Position numbers and translations under genes: made by a program. DNA of 64,000 nucleotides from a virus (taxonomy: Duplodnaviria; Caudoviricetes): the IMG/VR virus record IMGVR_UViG_3300035501_001769, positions 1 to 64,000 of that record; one strand, given 5' to 3'. The notes under the pieces are model-generated. The model was not told the origin of the DNA and did not search any database. It saw nothing but the letters and a program-made list of their open reading frames with translations. This document shows positions 28,664 to 39,500 of this stretch, piece after piece; position 1 is the first letter of the stretch, and every line of letters begins with the position of its first letter.

Positions 28664-29535
28664 TATTTCAGTACTGTATCGTTAATATAAAATTCCCAGC
28701 CGCGTTCTTTGCCTACCGGGTCTGTAATAATCTTATTGATAATTGCCAAGCCTGTTTTAGAAGGTGGTGTTGTAAGATAGACCTTACAGCCTATTCTGGA
28801 AGCACACACCTTGTACAGCTCCGCCAAGTAATCATCTATAACACTGACACTTGCAAATCTCGCATCTTGAAGATTCAGGGTCTGCAATTGGTCGAGTGAG
28901 ATGACCGATGACAGGTCTGAAATCTTACAACCTTGCAGGTCGAGATTTGTAGTTTCATTGAATAAGAATAGGCTATCCATAATCGGGGCGGTGGAGTTAG
29001 TGATGTAAGAATACGCAACAATGGGAGCCGTTAAATATAGACTATCGCAAAGGTTGGTGGTATCAAATAAATGAAAGCCAAAGGTGTTGCCATAGATTTT
29101 AATGATATGCGATGAAAGCTCGTCATCAAACACGTGTTCCGTGGTCTTACCCTTAGTTGCTAACTTGATGACTTCCAAATCTGTATTATCACCCCAATCA
29201 ACGATAATATAGCCTGCACCTTGCGCCCTGAATGATACTGAGTCAACATCGCCAACATGACCAAAAGCACATAAACGTTCTGTAGTGCTTTTAAAATACA
29301 CGCCACGTTCACCGTTGACAGGTCTTAAACCTTCATCAGACAGTTTATCAAGTACCGTACTGCTTATTACATATCCCTCGTTGTATGTCAGTTTCGTTCC
29401 TGCTGTTAATTCCGTATCATATCCAAGTTCTTCGTTGGATGATAATAGGTCAAACACACCTTCAATTGAGCCGTAGATATGCAACGCCACATCGAAGATA
29501 TTTTGACCTTTACGCACAGTATATGTTTTAGCCAT
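28663..29535 (-). CDS. Baseplate protein with a LysM-like N-terminus and LRR-like C-terminus
   Basis: YTVRKGQNIFDVALHIYGSIEG; VDWGDNT; LDLQGCKISDLSSVISLDQLQTLNLQ. Confidence 0.55.
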   Translation of the reverse strand: MAKTYTVRKGQNIFDVALHIYGSIEGVFDLLSSNEELGYDTELTAGTKLTYNEGYVISSTVLDKLSDEGLRPVNGERGVYFKSTTERLCAFGHVGDVDSVSFRAQGAGYIIVDWGDNTDLEVIKLATKGKTTEHVFDDELSSHIIKIYGNTFGFHLFDTTNLCDSLYLTAPIVAYSYITNSTAPIMDSLFLFNETTNLDLQGCKISDLSSVISLDQLQTLNLQDARFASVSVIDDYLAELYKVCASRIGCKVYLTTPPSKTGLAIINKIITDPVGKERGWEFYINDTVLK

Positions 29536-30190
29536 TTAGCTGTATGTCTAAGTTGTTTGTATCTAAATCCATATTAGCTGAAGCGATAGACACTCCATCG
29601 GCTTCAAACTCGCTTGTAAGCACGTCAACCAAATCATTTGTATTACCGCTGCAATTTACCCAGCGCACAAGTCCTACACCGGCAGAAGGGTAGCGATAGT
29701 AGTTACCCGGAACGCACTCCAACAATAGGGCAGCGTTCTGGTTGATAGGGTCGATTATCTCCACATCGTTTATTTCGGCATTGTAAAGCTCCAATTCTTG
29801 CATATCATCAGTAAATCGCAAGTAATAATCACCTGACTCTGCCAACGCTATAAGTTCTGAAGCCTTGATACTGCTACCTTTGAGAGTAACGTCAAACCAC
29901 TCATCAGAATCTCCATCAAGCAGGGGTGGGCGTGGTACATAGTGAGATATACCGCCCGATTTAAACGTCACTTTCAGCCTAACACCCTTGAAATAAGGAG
30001 TGTAGGGGATATGGATATAAAACCCATTGCTCCGCAACTCCTTGTAAGTCACGCCTGAGATGGTTACTTCACCGTAGATATACTTTTCATCGGTGTTATC
30101 AACCCATTTAAAATCTCTGAGTGTGTACTTGTTTTTTGATGAAAGAGCCAAATCAAACGTAGCTAATTTTAGTGCTATGTCACTGCTCAT
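29528..30190 (-). CDS. Baseplate protein (gp25/wedge-initiator-like C-terminus)
   Basis: QNAALLLECVPGNYYRYPSAGVGL...SEFEADG; position in the baseplate module. Confidence 0.5.
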   Translation of the reverse strand: MSSDIALKLATFDLALSSKNKYTLRDFKWVDNTDEKYIYGEVTISGVTYKELRSNGFYIHIPYTPYFKGVRLKVTFKSGGISHYVPRPPLLDGDSDEWFDVTLKGSSIKASELIALAESGDYYLRFTDDMQELELYNAEINDVEIIDPINQNAALLLECVPGNYYRYPSAGVGLVRWVNCSGNTNDLVDVLTSEFEADGVSIASANMDLDTNNLDIQLNG

Positions 30191-30274
30191 TAGAATAGTG
30201 TTAATATGATTTCACCCAGAGTTAATAAATAACTACCGGGTGAAATGCGTGTGTTTATAGTATTAGATTATGTA

Positions 30275-30397
30275 TCAATCGGTATAAGCACCTTTTGAAA
30301 TGGTTTGGCTATCATTTAGGATACTTTGTATAGCCTCAATGTCACCTGAGATAGTAACTTGATAGTCTTGTAAAATGCTTGTACTGAAATGTTCCAT
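30275..30397 (-). CDS. Unannotated 40-aa ORF (MEHFSTS...AYTD)
   Basis: Translated by hand; fills the gap after the 1259-aa tail gene with an AT-rich leader. Confidence 0.3.
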   Translation of the reverse strand: MEHFSTSILQDYQVTISGDIEAIQSILNDSQTISKGAYTD

Positions 30398-30411
30398 AAT
30401 ATTTGTGTTAG

Positions 30412-33400
30412 TTATTCGAGATATTTCCAATCACCATTCTTGTTCTTGTACTTAATGCCGTCAGCGGAGAAGCTAAAGCCATAGCCATTATTCTCCATCA
30501 TGAAAGTCATGCCATTGGATGTTCTTCTTGCCATTACGTAGTTGTCATTACGTGTGCCGAGAACAAAACCGTTGGCAAAGAAACAAGTGGTGTATGTGTC
30601 TGTATTATAAGAAGCTGTGATGGGTATCTCAGTTGTGTCATTATAACCCCAAGACAATGAAGCGGTATCACCTGAAGATACTGACGCAACTGAGTAGGAC
30701 AATTTGATTACATGATAGCCGCCTGAATCGGCCTTAATGGTGTTGTCAGCAACTGAATAGGTGTTACTGTTTGTTTCACCTGCCGAAGCTGAAACGCCTT
30801 GCTCGTATATTGTCTTAGTGTTGAGTAATTTCTTATGACCTGCATCTGAATATGTCGCTATCGTAATCTTTATTGTCGCTGAAGCTGAGTGGGTTGTGGT
30901 TACAACCGTACTGCCGCCAACCAGTGTGTTGTTGTTACCATTGATTGCGCCTGTGGTGCTGATTATTGTTTTACTGTTGCTTGCCGCATGAGCATATAAA
31001 TAAATATAGCCTTGATTAAGCGTTATTTCAGTTGAAGTTGGAGTATAAATTTCACCAAGCTCAACTGTGCCTGTGGTGGATTTCGTAGATGAAAGTTCAC
31101 CTGATACAGCTGCAACGCTAATAGCTTCATGGCTCGCATTGTTTATCTCAATATCACCTGAATCACGTGTGCCGATAAGGTCTGACAAATCATCATCGTG
31201 ATAACTACCATCGAAGGTAGAGCAAAGGCGGTTTTCACTGTCGTAAATCTTGATGGCTTTTTCGGTCGGGTCTATGCTAACGTGTTGCCCCTCAGAATCA
31301 CCCACCAAAACATTCTGTGCCACCATATCTTCAGTGTTGATGAACTTAGCATCAATTGTGCCTGATACGATTTGTTCAGCTGATAGAGTGCCGGTATAGA
31401 TGCCATTTTTATCAATCGTAGTAACAGCCTTTTCCGATGAAGCTACATCGTATAAAGTAGCCGTAGCCACTTGCCATTCTACAGACTGATATATCTGCAT
31501 GGTTTTCTTAATGCCGGATGAAGAAATGGTGATTATTTCCAATTTGATTGACAAGCTACTATCACCTTTGACCGTCTGAGTGGGGATTAAAGCAAAGTTG
31601 CCAACGGTATCTAATTCACCATCACCGTCAGCATCACAAGTAATTACGCACTTGTATTCTTCCCAATCGCCTGTGCCTTTAGTAGATGTAATCCAATTTA
31701 CAGTACAGTTGTTGCTACATTCCTCTATTGCGAAGTTTGTCGGGATATTGGCTACAATACGTGCGAGGTATTTGGCTTTAGCTTTTGCCGGATTCTTGAA
31801 TGTGAAGCCACCCAAACGATAGTCACCTAATGCAGTCCAATAATAATCGGTTATTTGCATTGCCTTTGATGTGCTGTTGGGAGCTTCTTCATTATCCACC
31901 CATTGACGCTCCATGCCGGTTGTAAGCTGACCCATATCTTCACTGCTACCGGTCAAGTAAACTCTATCTGAAGCATACAGTTGTAATACAGGACCTTCGC
32001 CATGTAAAGTAATGCGTAATGTATCATCGTCATCAAAGGCAATGCCTGACAGGATTTCAGCACTTACAAACTCAACAATATCTTCCTCAGAAAGCTCTAC
32101 CGAACCGCTCCACAATTCGTTTACAGTACCGTCAGCTTTAACTATCGCAATATTCAATATTGTAATATCGGTACCTCTGAAGGTTAAGCCGGTGCTTGCA
32201 ATATAATCTTTAACATCTGAATAGCTGAATGTTAAGTACGAATACCCTAAATAGTCATCTGTGCCATTGTAGCCTTCATTGCTAAATTCAGGGTCACGAT
32301 ATAGCATCTGACTTGAAGCAAGCATAGAAGCATAGTCGGCACTACTTTGAATTTCGCTGTCGGCATCGGTCCACATCATGGTTACACTCTCATCGAAGGA
32401 TAAATCGCCTTCAGCGTTCCATGATATTTTACCACCTGCAATAGAGCCTGAGCCGTTCTTCTTCCATGCAATATTTCCTGCTGCAAAAGAGCCTGAGCCA
32501 TCTGAAGCGATACTCCAGTAATTGCCTGACAGACGTGAAGCAGATAGAACAATACTATTTGATGAAAGAGTATAACCGGTTGCGTCAAGTGTGTCTGTAT
32601 CACCACTGTAAATAGCTGTGTCGGTGAACTTCCAACCTGCTATAACATTAGGCCGCTCGCTGTTGGAGTTGAGGCAGAACACTTGCTTGCCTACTGAATT
32701 ATAACCTGATAATTGTGTATTGTCAGTGTCGGCAGCAATGTAAACACCTCCCTTTGAGCTGATTGTGCTACGATAATCGGTCACTGTTTCGCCCAATTCT
32801 CCAGTGGTCACATACAGACCGTTATAACCTGAAGTGGAAACGAGAGCAACTGTTTCTGTGCTGATTCTTTCTTGGCTAATATCCCATCCTGCCAACTTGC
32901 CGCCATCCGTACCTAATTGTACTGCTCCACCAAGGAAGCTAAAAGAACCGTCAGCGTCTATGTACCATTTATAGCCACGTATGCCGTTGGTTCCGATTGT
33001 TATGCTGCCCTCTACTGAAGTGGTGGACTGTGCGGTGTTTTTCTTGGTGCCGATGTATAGGCTGTTATCGTCAAAGTTCCAGCCGGCTATTGAATTGGTT
33101 GAACCTAAGCTGAACACCTTAACGGCTTGTGGCATTTGAAGATTAGAACCTTTGTTTGTGTCTTGAACTTTATAGCCTTCAAGGCCATAAGATGTACCGC
33201 TCTCATAAAACATAGCCACCCCACCGTGTAACGCAGTGTTACTTTTAAAGGCTTCAACCGTAGCACCAACGCCATCGCCTAATATCGCGCTAATGTTGGT
33301 TACACCGATATATTGAGCTTCGCCATCGAGCAAAATGCCTTTGCCATAAAGAGCTTTATCGTTAATACTCCAACTACCGATTTTACCGGCTGCGGCTGTA

Positions 33401-34191
33401 ATAGTGCCTTCAAAATCAGCACTACCGTCAGCATTAAAATGTACCTTATCTTTGGCAAATACCGCTGAACCATCGCTGTTGAGTTGCCATGCGGTTTCTC
33501 CATCAGGTTGAGCGGAAATAGCTCCTGAAGATAATAGCTGAAGTGAACCGTCAGAAGTGGCTATCTTATCGTTGTCGATTACCCAACCGCCAATCATGCC
33601 ACCGTTAGCATCGAGTTTGAAGATTTCCTCAAATTGCTTGTAACCGAATAAACCATAGTTACTTTCATCGCGGAACGATGGACCCATATAGACACCGGTA
33701 ATAGTTTCCGCTCCTTCTTCAGTGGTTTCTTTCTTACCTGCAAATAATTTGGGGGTAATGACGTACTGACCGCTGATAGTGGTTGCGCTGCTGTTCCATT
33801 CCAATATCCAATCGAGCATGGAAGTTTCGCGCACTACGGTGTATTGGTAGGTTACTGAAGTGTTGTACTCACCACCGTTAGCAGATATAGATAGAGTGAT
33901 CGACCCTGATTGTTCTTCGCTGCTAATGTCGATAAGCTGAAGGCTCATCGTGGTGTTATTAACTTGCTCTAAGACATATTCTAATTTGTCATCGCTTACC
34001 TCAGATACTTCAGCGGTAAAATCTACCGCTTCCTCTCCGCAGAACACGCGAATAGTGGCTGTGGCATAATCTAAGTCAGGATTTGCCCCATCATAATCAG
34101 CTTTAATAACACACGAACTCGGTGAAAGCGATACTGAATAAGCATCACTCACCGAGTTTATAATTATCATTTCTTGTGCTATCTTCGCCAT
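30412..34191 (-). CDS. Large tail spike/fibre protein
   Basis: 1259 aa with repeated G.IGGW.I / IAGW.F beta motifs, G/S/T-rich, in the tail module. Confidence 0.7.
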   Translation of the reverse strand: MAKIAQEMIIINSVSDAYSVSLSPSSCVIKADYDGANPDLDYATATIRVFCGEEAVDFTAEVSEVSDDKLEYVLEQVNNTTMSLQLIDISSEEQSGSITLSISANGGEYNTSVTYQYTVVRETSMLDWILEWNSSATTISGQYVITPKLFAGKKETTEEGAETITGVYMGPSFRDESNYGLFGYKQFEEIFKLDANGGMIGGWVIDNDKIATSDGSLQLLSSGAISAQPDGETAWQLNSDGSAVFAKDKVHFNADGSADFEGTITAAAGKIGSWSINDKALYGKGILLDGEAQYIGVTNISAILGDGVGATVEAFKSNTALHGGVAMFYESGTSYGLEGYKVQDTNKGSNLQMPQAVKVFSLGSTNSIAGWNFDDNSLYIGTKKNTAQSTTSVEGSITIGTNGIRGYKWYIDADGSFSFLGGAVQLGTDGGKLAGWDISQERISTETVALVSTSGYNGLYVTTGELGETVTDYRSTISSKGGVYIAADTDNTQLSGYNSVGKQVFCLNSNSERPNVIAGWKFTDTAIYSGDTDTLDATGYTLSSNSIVLSASRLSGNYWSIASDGSGSFAAGNIAWKKNGSGSIAGGKISWNAEGDLSFDESVTMMWTDADSEIQSSADYASMLASSQMLYRDPEFSNEGYNGTDDYLGYSYLTFSYSDVKDYIASTGLTFRGTDITILNIAIVKADGTVNELWSGSVELSEEDIVEFVSAEILSGIAFDDDDTLRITLHGEGPVLQLYASDRVYLTGSSEDMGQLTTGMERQWVDNEEAPNSTSKAMQITDYYWTALGDYRLGGFTFKNPAKAKAKYLARIVANIPTNFAIEECSNNCTVNWITSTKGTGDWEEYKCVITCDADGDGELDTVGNFALIPTQTVKGDSSLSIKLEIITISSSGIKKTMQIYQSVEWQVATATLYDVASSEKAVTTIDKNGIYTGTLSAEQIVSGTIDAKFINTEDMVAQNVLVGDSEGQHVSIDPTEKAIKIYDSENRLCSTFDGSYHDDDLSDLIGTRDSGDIEINNASHEAISVAAVSGELSSTKSTTGTVELGEIYTPTSTEITLNQGYIYLYAHAASNSKTIISTTGAINGNNNTLVGGSTVVTTTHSASATIKITIATYSDAGHKKLLNTKTIYEQGVSASAGETNSNTYSVADNTIKADSGGYHVIKLSYSVASVSSGDTASLSWGYNDTTEIPITASYNTDTYTTCFFANGFVLGTRNDNYVMARRTSNGMTFMMENNGYGFSFSADGIKYKNKNGDWKYLE

Positions 34192-34237
34192 TTTGTTTTT
34201 TAGAAGAATAGCTGAAATGATGTATGTTAGGTTGGGG

Positions 34238-34606
34238 TTATTCTATACTATTCATAGCCTCAGAAGCAATTTCTTTAGCGTGGTTTCGCCAAGACTGTAG
34301 CTCTGCAAACTCTTGCTTATATTCTGCTTGCTTTTCCTCTGAAGCATCTGACGTACCCGAAAGTACCGCCATCATGTTATTGTTGATTGCTTCGATTTGA
34401 CTGTCGGTGTACTTCAACGTAATGATAGCTGAAACAATAGTTCCATAGCTCCAGTAGCCGGGTTCTAAAGTTACACTTTTCCAACTATACTGACCGTCAG
34501 TTTCTTCGCAATCGAAATTTATCGTATATTGTTTTCTACCCAAATCATACACAAATGTTATTGGTTCGGGTTTATTATCACCAAACATAAGCATTGTTTT
34601 CTTCAA
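34238..34606 (-). CDS. Small tail-fibre-associated hypothetical protein
   Basis: 122 aa with a C-terminal EYKQEFAELQSWRNHAK helix; overlaps the RT 3' end. Confidence 0.55.
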   Translation of the reverse strand: MKKTMLMFGDNKPEPITFVYDLGRKQYTINFDCEETDGQYSWKSVTLEPGYWSYGTIVSAIITLKYTDSQIEAINNNMMAVLSGTSDASEEKQAEYKQEFAELQSWRNHAKEIASEAMNSIE

Positions 34607-36086
34607 ACTCCTTTCTTCGCATAAATAATTTGTAATCGTAACGCTTTTGAATTTTTACAGCACCGGTATTCTTGATTAAACAGCATCGTTTTATATTCTT
34701 TACATACGGTGCGTATAACTTTTCAGCCATACTTGCAGATTTATGGTGAACTACAAAACCTATATAAGAATTAACTGAAGATGCGGTGCGCGATAATTCT
34801 TTGAGTAGTTGCAGTGTTGGAACATTTTGAGATATTACTGCACATAACTTGTTTAAGCGAAACAAAGCGTCGTGTAAACCACCAAGTGTTCGGTTAACGA
34901 GATATGTTCTGTTAGGCTTAATCACACCACCGACAAACCTACATCCATGACGAATTGTCTGCAAATACACTTTATCAGGGTGTAATGTTACGTGCAAATA
35001 GATTTTCAACCACCTTTCAGCTATCTTTCTAATACGCATAATATCGTTTTTATCACCTACTATGGTAAAATCATCCACAAAGCGTTTGTAAAGACAATTA
35101 TACCGTATGCAGAGTTTTAGCATAATAGCATCAAAAAACGACATATAAAAATTAGCGCACAACTGGCTTGTAATATTTCCTATCGCCAACCCTAAATGGC
35201 GTGGATTGTTGAGCATGGATTTATGAGCCGGAAGTTTCGCTCTATCGCTGGCAGAGAATTTTTTAATACAATTATCTGAAGGCACATGGTATATCGTTAT
35301 CTTAGTAAGATTCAACAACATATCAATATCATCACCCACATATTCTTCTTTAATAAACTTTTCGAGCAATGACCATAAAATATTTTTGTCAATACTCATG
35401 AAAAAGCCTTTCAAGTCATATTTTCCCACCCAATTTTTATGCTGTCGCTTCTTGCAGCACCATATCATATCTTTTCTAAGAGCTTGTTGGGCTGCAAATG
35501 TTCCAAATCCCTTACGGCAATTAAATGATACATTCATTTGCCTTCGAAACCGACCTTCGAACAATGGATTCAAGCGTAGACAAATCCAATGTTGCACAAG
35601 TCTATCGCGAAATGCTGCGGCAAAAATTTCTCTATAAGAAGGGAATTTAACGATAAAACAAGTGGAAGTTGATGGCACATACTCTCCATAATAGATTTCG
35701 TACACCAACTCCCACAAATTTCGCTCGTAATCAACTCTCCACTTTTCACATTCGAGGGATGAGTATTTATTACGCAAACAGTCGTTCTTTGCAATAACCC
35801 ATCCAGTTTTAATCTCCTCATCAAGTGCGACCACAGCTCGGACTCTGTTACTGTTGTACTTGTTGTTGTTGTTGTTGACGTTGCCATTACCGAAGTTAAT
35901 GTTCCATGCGTTCAACGCTGAATACTCCAAAGCCGACTCCGCGATTATGCGATTGGGTTCAATATTTGAAATAACGAGTGGACTATTTATAAGTCCACCT
36001 GTATCGCATCCATTTAATTTAAGAAGATTATTTATATCCATAACCGTAATCGTGGGTATAAAATATGCGACTATCAGCGAAGCCAA
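34578..36086 (-). CDS. DGR reverse transcriptase
   Basis: REIFAAAFRDRLVQH, YDLKGFFMSID, GLAIGNITSQLCANFYM (DGR-type SQ), RFVDDF; adjacent TR and avd. Confidence 0.95.
   Translation of the reverse strand: MASLIVAYFIPTITVMDINNLLKLNGCDTGGLINSPLVISNIEPNRIIAESALEYSALNAWNINFGNGNVNNNNNKYNSNRVRAVVALDEEIKTGWVIAKNDCLRNKYSSLECEKWRVDYERNLWELVYEIYYGEYVPSTSTCFIVKFPSYREIFAAAFRDRLVQHWICLRLNPLFEGRFRRQMNVSFNCRKGFGTFAAQQALRKDMIWCCKKRQHKNWVGKYDLKGFFMSIDKNILWSLLEKFIKEEYVGDDIDMLLNLTKITIYHVPSDNCIKKFSASDRAKLPAHKSMLNNPRHLGLAIGNITSQLCANFYMSFFDAIMLKLCIRYNCLYKRFVDDFTIVGDKNDIMRIRKIAERWLKIYLHVTLHPDKVYLQTIRHGCRFVGGVIKPNRTYLVNRTLGGLHDALFRLNKLCAVISQNVPTLQLLKELSRTASSVNSYIGFVVHHKSASMAEKLYAPYVKNIKRCCLIKNTGAVKIQKRYDYKLFMRRKEFEENNAYVW
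35826..35937 (-). repeat. DGR template repeat (TR), 112 bp
   Basis: Identical to 36564..36675 except at 8 positions, all adenines in TR on the coding strand; rich in AAC codons. Confidence 0.96.
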
Positions 36087-36466
36087 GCCATCGCTTGACC
36101 TGCCAATTGGTTTACCAAGTCCAAGAAATTAGCTTCTTGTTTAGGAGAAATTAGCGGCACTTTACCATGCTTTTTGTCAGTATATTTTACCGCTGTTAAT
36201 ACTCGCACAGAAGTTTTAATGGCAATTATACGAGCGTTAATATTCGCATAACAGTGTCTGCGCGATTGCTGATAACTTGATAAATTAGAATCTAACTCAT
36301 AAGCCATCACAATAAAGTCCAATATCTCAGCTATGTTGCTTACAAGCCGACTTCCCAATATCTGATATGGTATAGATTTGGGAAGTCTTTCCACAGCAGG
36401 AACAGACCATTGTAACAGCCTTTCAGTTAACCGATAAATCGGAGTTTGTGATGCGTGATGCCTCAT
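36074..36466 (-). CDS. avd: DGR accessory variability determinant (Avd-like four-helix bundle)
   Basis: 130 aa, basic and helical, LPKSIPYQILGSRL motif, between VR and TR. Confidence 0.8.
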   Translation of the reverse strand: MRHHASQTPIYRLTERLLQWSVPAVERLPKSIPYQILGSRLVSNIAEILDFIVMAYELDSNLSSYQQSRRHCYANINARIIAIKTSVRVLTAVKYTDKKHGKVPLISPKQEANFLDLVNQLAGQAMAWLR

Positions 36467-36525
36467 GTTTGTAAAGTTGATTCATTTCAGAATAGCAAAC
36501 ATACTATATAAGGGTTTAATCAAAT

Positions 36526-36549
36526 GCGCGACTCTGAAAGGAGTCGCGC
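36526..36549. other. DGR target-recognition hairpin/cruciform downstream of VR
   Basis: Perfect 9-bp GCGCGACTC/GAGTCGCGC stem with a TGAAAG loop, 8 nt past the target stop codon. Confidence 0.8.
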
Positions 36550-36557
36550 TAAAGGGG

Positions 36558-39500
36558 TTAAAATGCGACCACAGCTCGGACTCTGTAACTGTTGTACTTG
36601 TTGTAGTAGTAGTTGACGTTGCCATTACCGAAGTAAATGCTCCATGCGAGCAACGCTGAATACTCCAAAGCCGACCAGTAATATGTGGATGTAAGCTGGG
36701 TAAAAACACCATCACTTACTGCCTTTGCAAAGATAGCGTTCTGAGTATCTACATTGTACCCTTTTGAATGATACCAATATAATCGACCTAAGTCACCCAA
36801 ATTCGGCAAGAACCATTTGCCGGTTTTAAATAAAGGAGAAAGCGTTTCACCGGACTTAACTTTTGGTTGATAAGCATAACAAAATGACGCTGCCGGATAA
36901 TAATATTGCTGATATTTACTCGAACCTTTCTCTGTGACGATTTCTGCCATTAGAGAGTTTAAACTTTCTAATTCAGTCATCTTGTCGGTGGCACATGGTA
37001 TCTGTAGATTAACTGAACTATCACCCAAAATAGTGTTACGGTGCTTAATGATATTTAGCGTATTGCGTAATCCTTTGGGTATTACATCTCCAATCTTATA
37101 ATCACCAACCTCGGATGTGAGCGTAGTAAAGCCTATTTCAGCCACAGCAGTGTTGACATTTGGTACTTTAAAGCCATCCGCATCGCCATAATTCTCATCT
37201 CGATAGGAATCATCTGTAATATAACTTGTACCTGAGCCTTGTGAGTTATATAGACCTGTGCTTGTAATATCAACTATGGTTGGTATATTGTATACTGAAT
37301 AGCCGGGAGTGTCTGCTAATTCAATATTACGAACATTATAATTGGCATCATTACTGCTTCCTTCTGACCAACCGCTATTAAAATAAAGCCCCCAAATACT
37401 ACTTGTTGATATATCTGACAAGGCTACAGCCAAGCGTTGTGACTTATCATCCGGATTGATGTAGAAACAAATACCCACAGGGGTTTTTGCAGTATTCAAC
37501 ACATCCGAAAAAGTACCATCAGCAAACACATAATCTCCCACTTTACATTTGTGTTCGTAAAAACATATCGTTGCCGTTTTAGTGAGTTTTTCTCCGTTAA
37601 TAAGCGTTGCAACCACTGTAACTTCAGCATCGGGGTGTGTTTCTTCAGTGCCAACCTTATTTACCGTTAATTCGCCTGTCGCAGAATTGATTGTGGCATA
37701 ATTAGTTGCAGTCATGCTCCAACTAATATTGGTGAAAGTATTTGCATTAACCGTGCTGGGAGTAATACTTAATTGATATGTGCCTACTTTATCATAGTAT
37801 CGTTCAGACGCTATTGACAGCGATGTAAGATTATATGCAGTATAAGTGATATATATTGGGTTATTTACATCATCAATATTGCCGAATTTCTCAATTAGTT
37901 TCCTCTTATTTTCAAACGTGATAATTTGTGTTTTATCTGTCGAACAAGCGATTTTACCTGTCAAAGTAATATCCGGCAATTCAGCTAATTTCATCAAGTG
38001 ATTAACTGAGAAATTAGTCCAATCAACATTCTTAATTACACATTTGGTCAAACCAAAATCATCCGAATCACAAATCTCAGCAATAATGCTTTGACAGTTT
38101 AGATTTGGACAATTTGAGAACTCGAACTCTTGCATACTGCCCACGCCTTCAATAGAGAAGTTGTTTGATGTGAGAGCTTCATAATCAACCAAAGATAAGT
38201 TAGTTAATGTTGAAGGCAATTGCAACTTAGTGATAATTGAAGGTTGACCGACTTTGATAGATGTTACAGATGTGCCACCTATCAAAATTTCTTCCAATCG
38301 GGTAAGGTCTGAGAAGTCTATATTACCATTCACAGATGAAGCTCCATTGATGTCGAACACTTTAAGTAATGGAGCGGTCACAGTGATTTTAGGCGGTCGG
38401 AACTCAATAGGTTGCTGAGATGCGTGAAACTCTGTCAGTCGTTCACCTGCCACTGTAAAACCATCACCCTCAATAGGCTTGTTGCCAAATTCACCGATAG
38501 ACCTGTAATTATCAATACCACAAAGCTGAATGTTCGTGTTACCATCACTGTTTACCCCCGACAAAGTAAACGCCTCTCCGGCTTTAACTCGCTGAGGTGT
38601 CGAATAACTTTTACCGTTTGTATCACGACCATAAGCTAATGAGCTACCTGTACTGATAGCCGGGTATAACCAAATATGCGGCACGAGGTCAAATGAATAC
38701 TCAGGTTGCGCACCTGCCAAAGTAGTGATAGAACGGAATGTGAGTGAGTTAGAGCCGTTCATAGCAAAGTCACCATAAGAAGCGTATGACTGCAAATACT
38801 TCAGGCGCAACTTAACCCATTGCATTTCACATTGAAGTTGGTCGCCAAGTGATTGTGTGATAGGGTGAGTAGAACCGGTATAACCATTACCCCAAACAGC
38901 AGAAGCCGCCTCATAAGAGATACGTGCATTTTCGTTATATGCTACGGCAGGAAAATAACGCTGTGTGGAGAAGAAATACTTATCCATGCAACCAAATACC
39001 TTATCGTCATAGCTTGAATCCTTAGCCAAGTCCGCCATCTGAGCGAACATCGTGTTCATCATAGAGCGAAGTTCGGTGGGATAAGCTAATTCAATCAGGT
39101 CATACAAAGCGTTTTGTTCACCATTCCAGTATGTCGCATTGCTGCTATCAACGTCATGTTCCTCAACGTAATAAGGCTTATTCTTACGGCCTACGTTGTC
39201 GGTTGCAAAGATGGTATCTAAGTCATCTTGCGCCCAGTGAATAACGAGCTTATCGTTTTTGTATGTCAGATAAAGATAAGTATTCTTAGCGCGGTTGTCG
39301 GATGCAGCTTTCAGCTTAATAAAGTTTGAGTGGTATAGTCCATCTTCAACGTTAATATAGTCAGATGCTTGCTCTTTAAAGTCGGTAATACGTGCGTTAA
39401 CAAATTGCTCGTTAATGTTTTCCCATAAACTTCCCGAAGGATAAATGCCTGTCTGAGATGCAATGTTGAGCTTTTCATATTGACCTTCACCTTTCTTGGC

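Noticed and set aside
25651-34191. Second DGR variable repeat in other tail genes
   Set aside because: No other TR-like sequence was seen at the ends of the fibre or spike genes by eye; a BLASTN of TR would confirm
35855-35880. (GTT)n / (AAC)n run read as a microsatellite or CRISPR-like repeat
   Set aside because: It is the Asn-codon tract of the DGR TR; there is no repeat-spacer periodicity and no cas genes
35570-36715. MATSTTTTT ORFs (35570..35887 and 36482..36715)
   Set aside because: Alternate-frame readings of TR and VR
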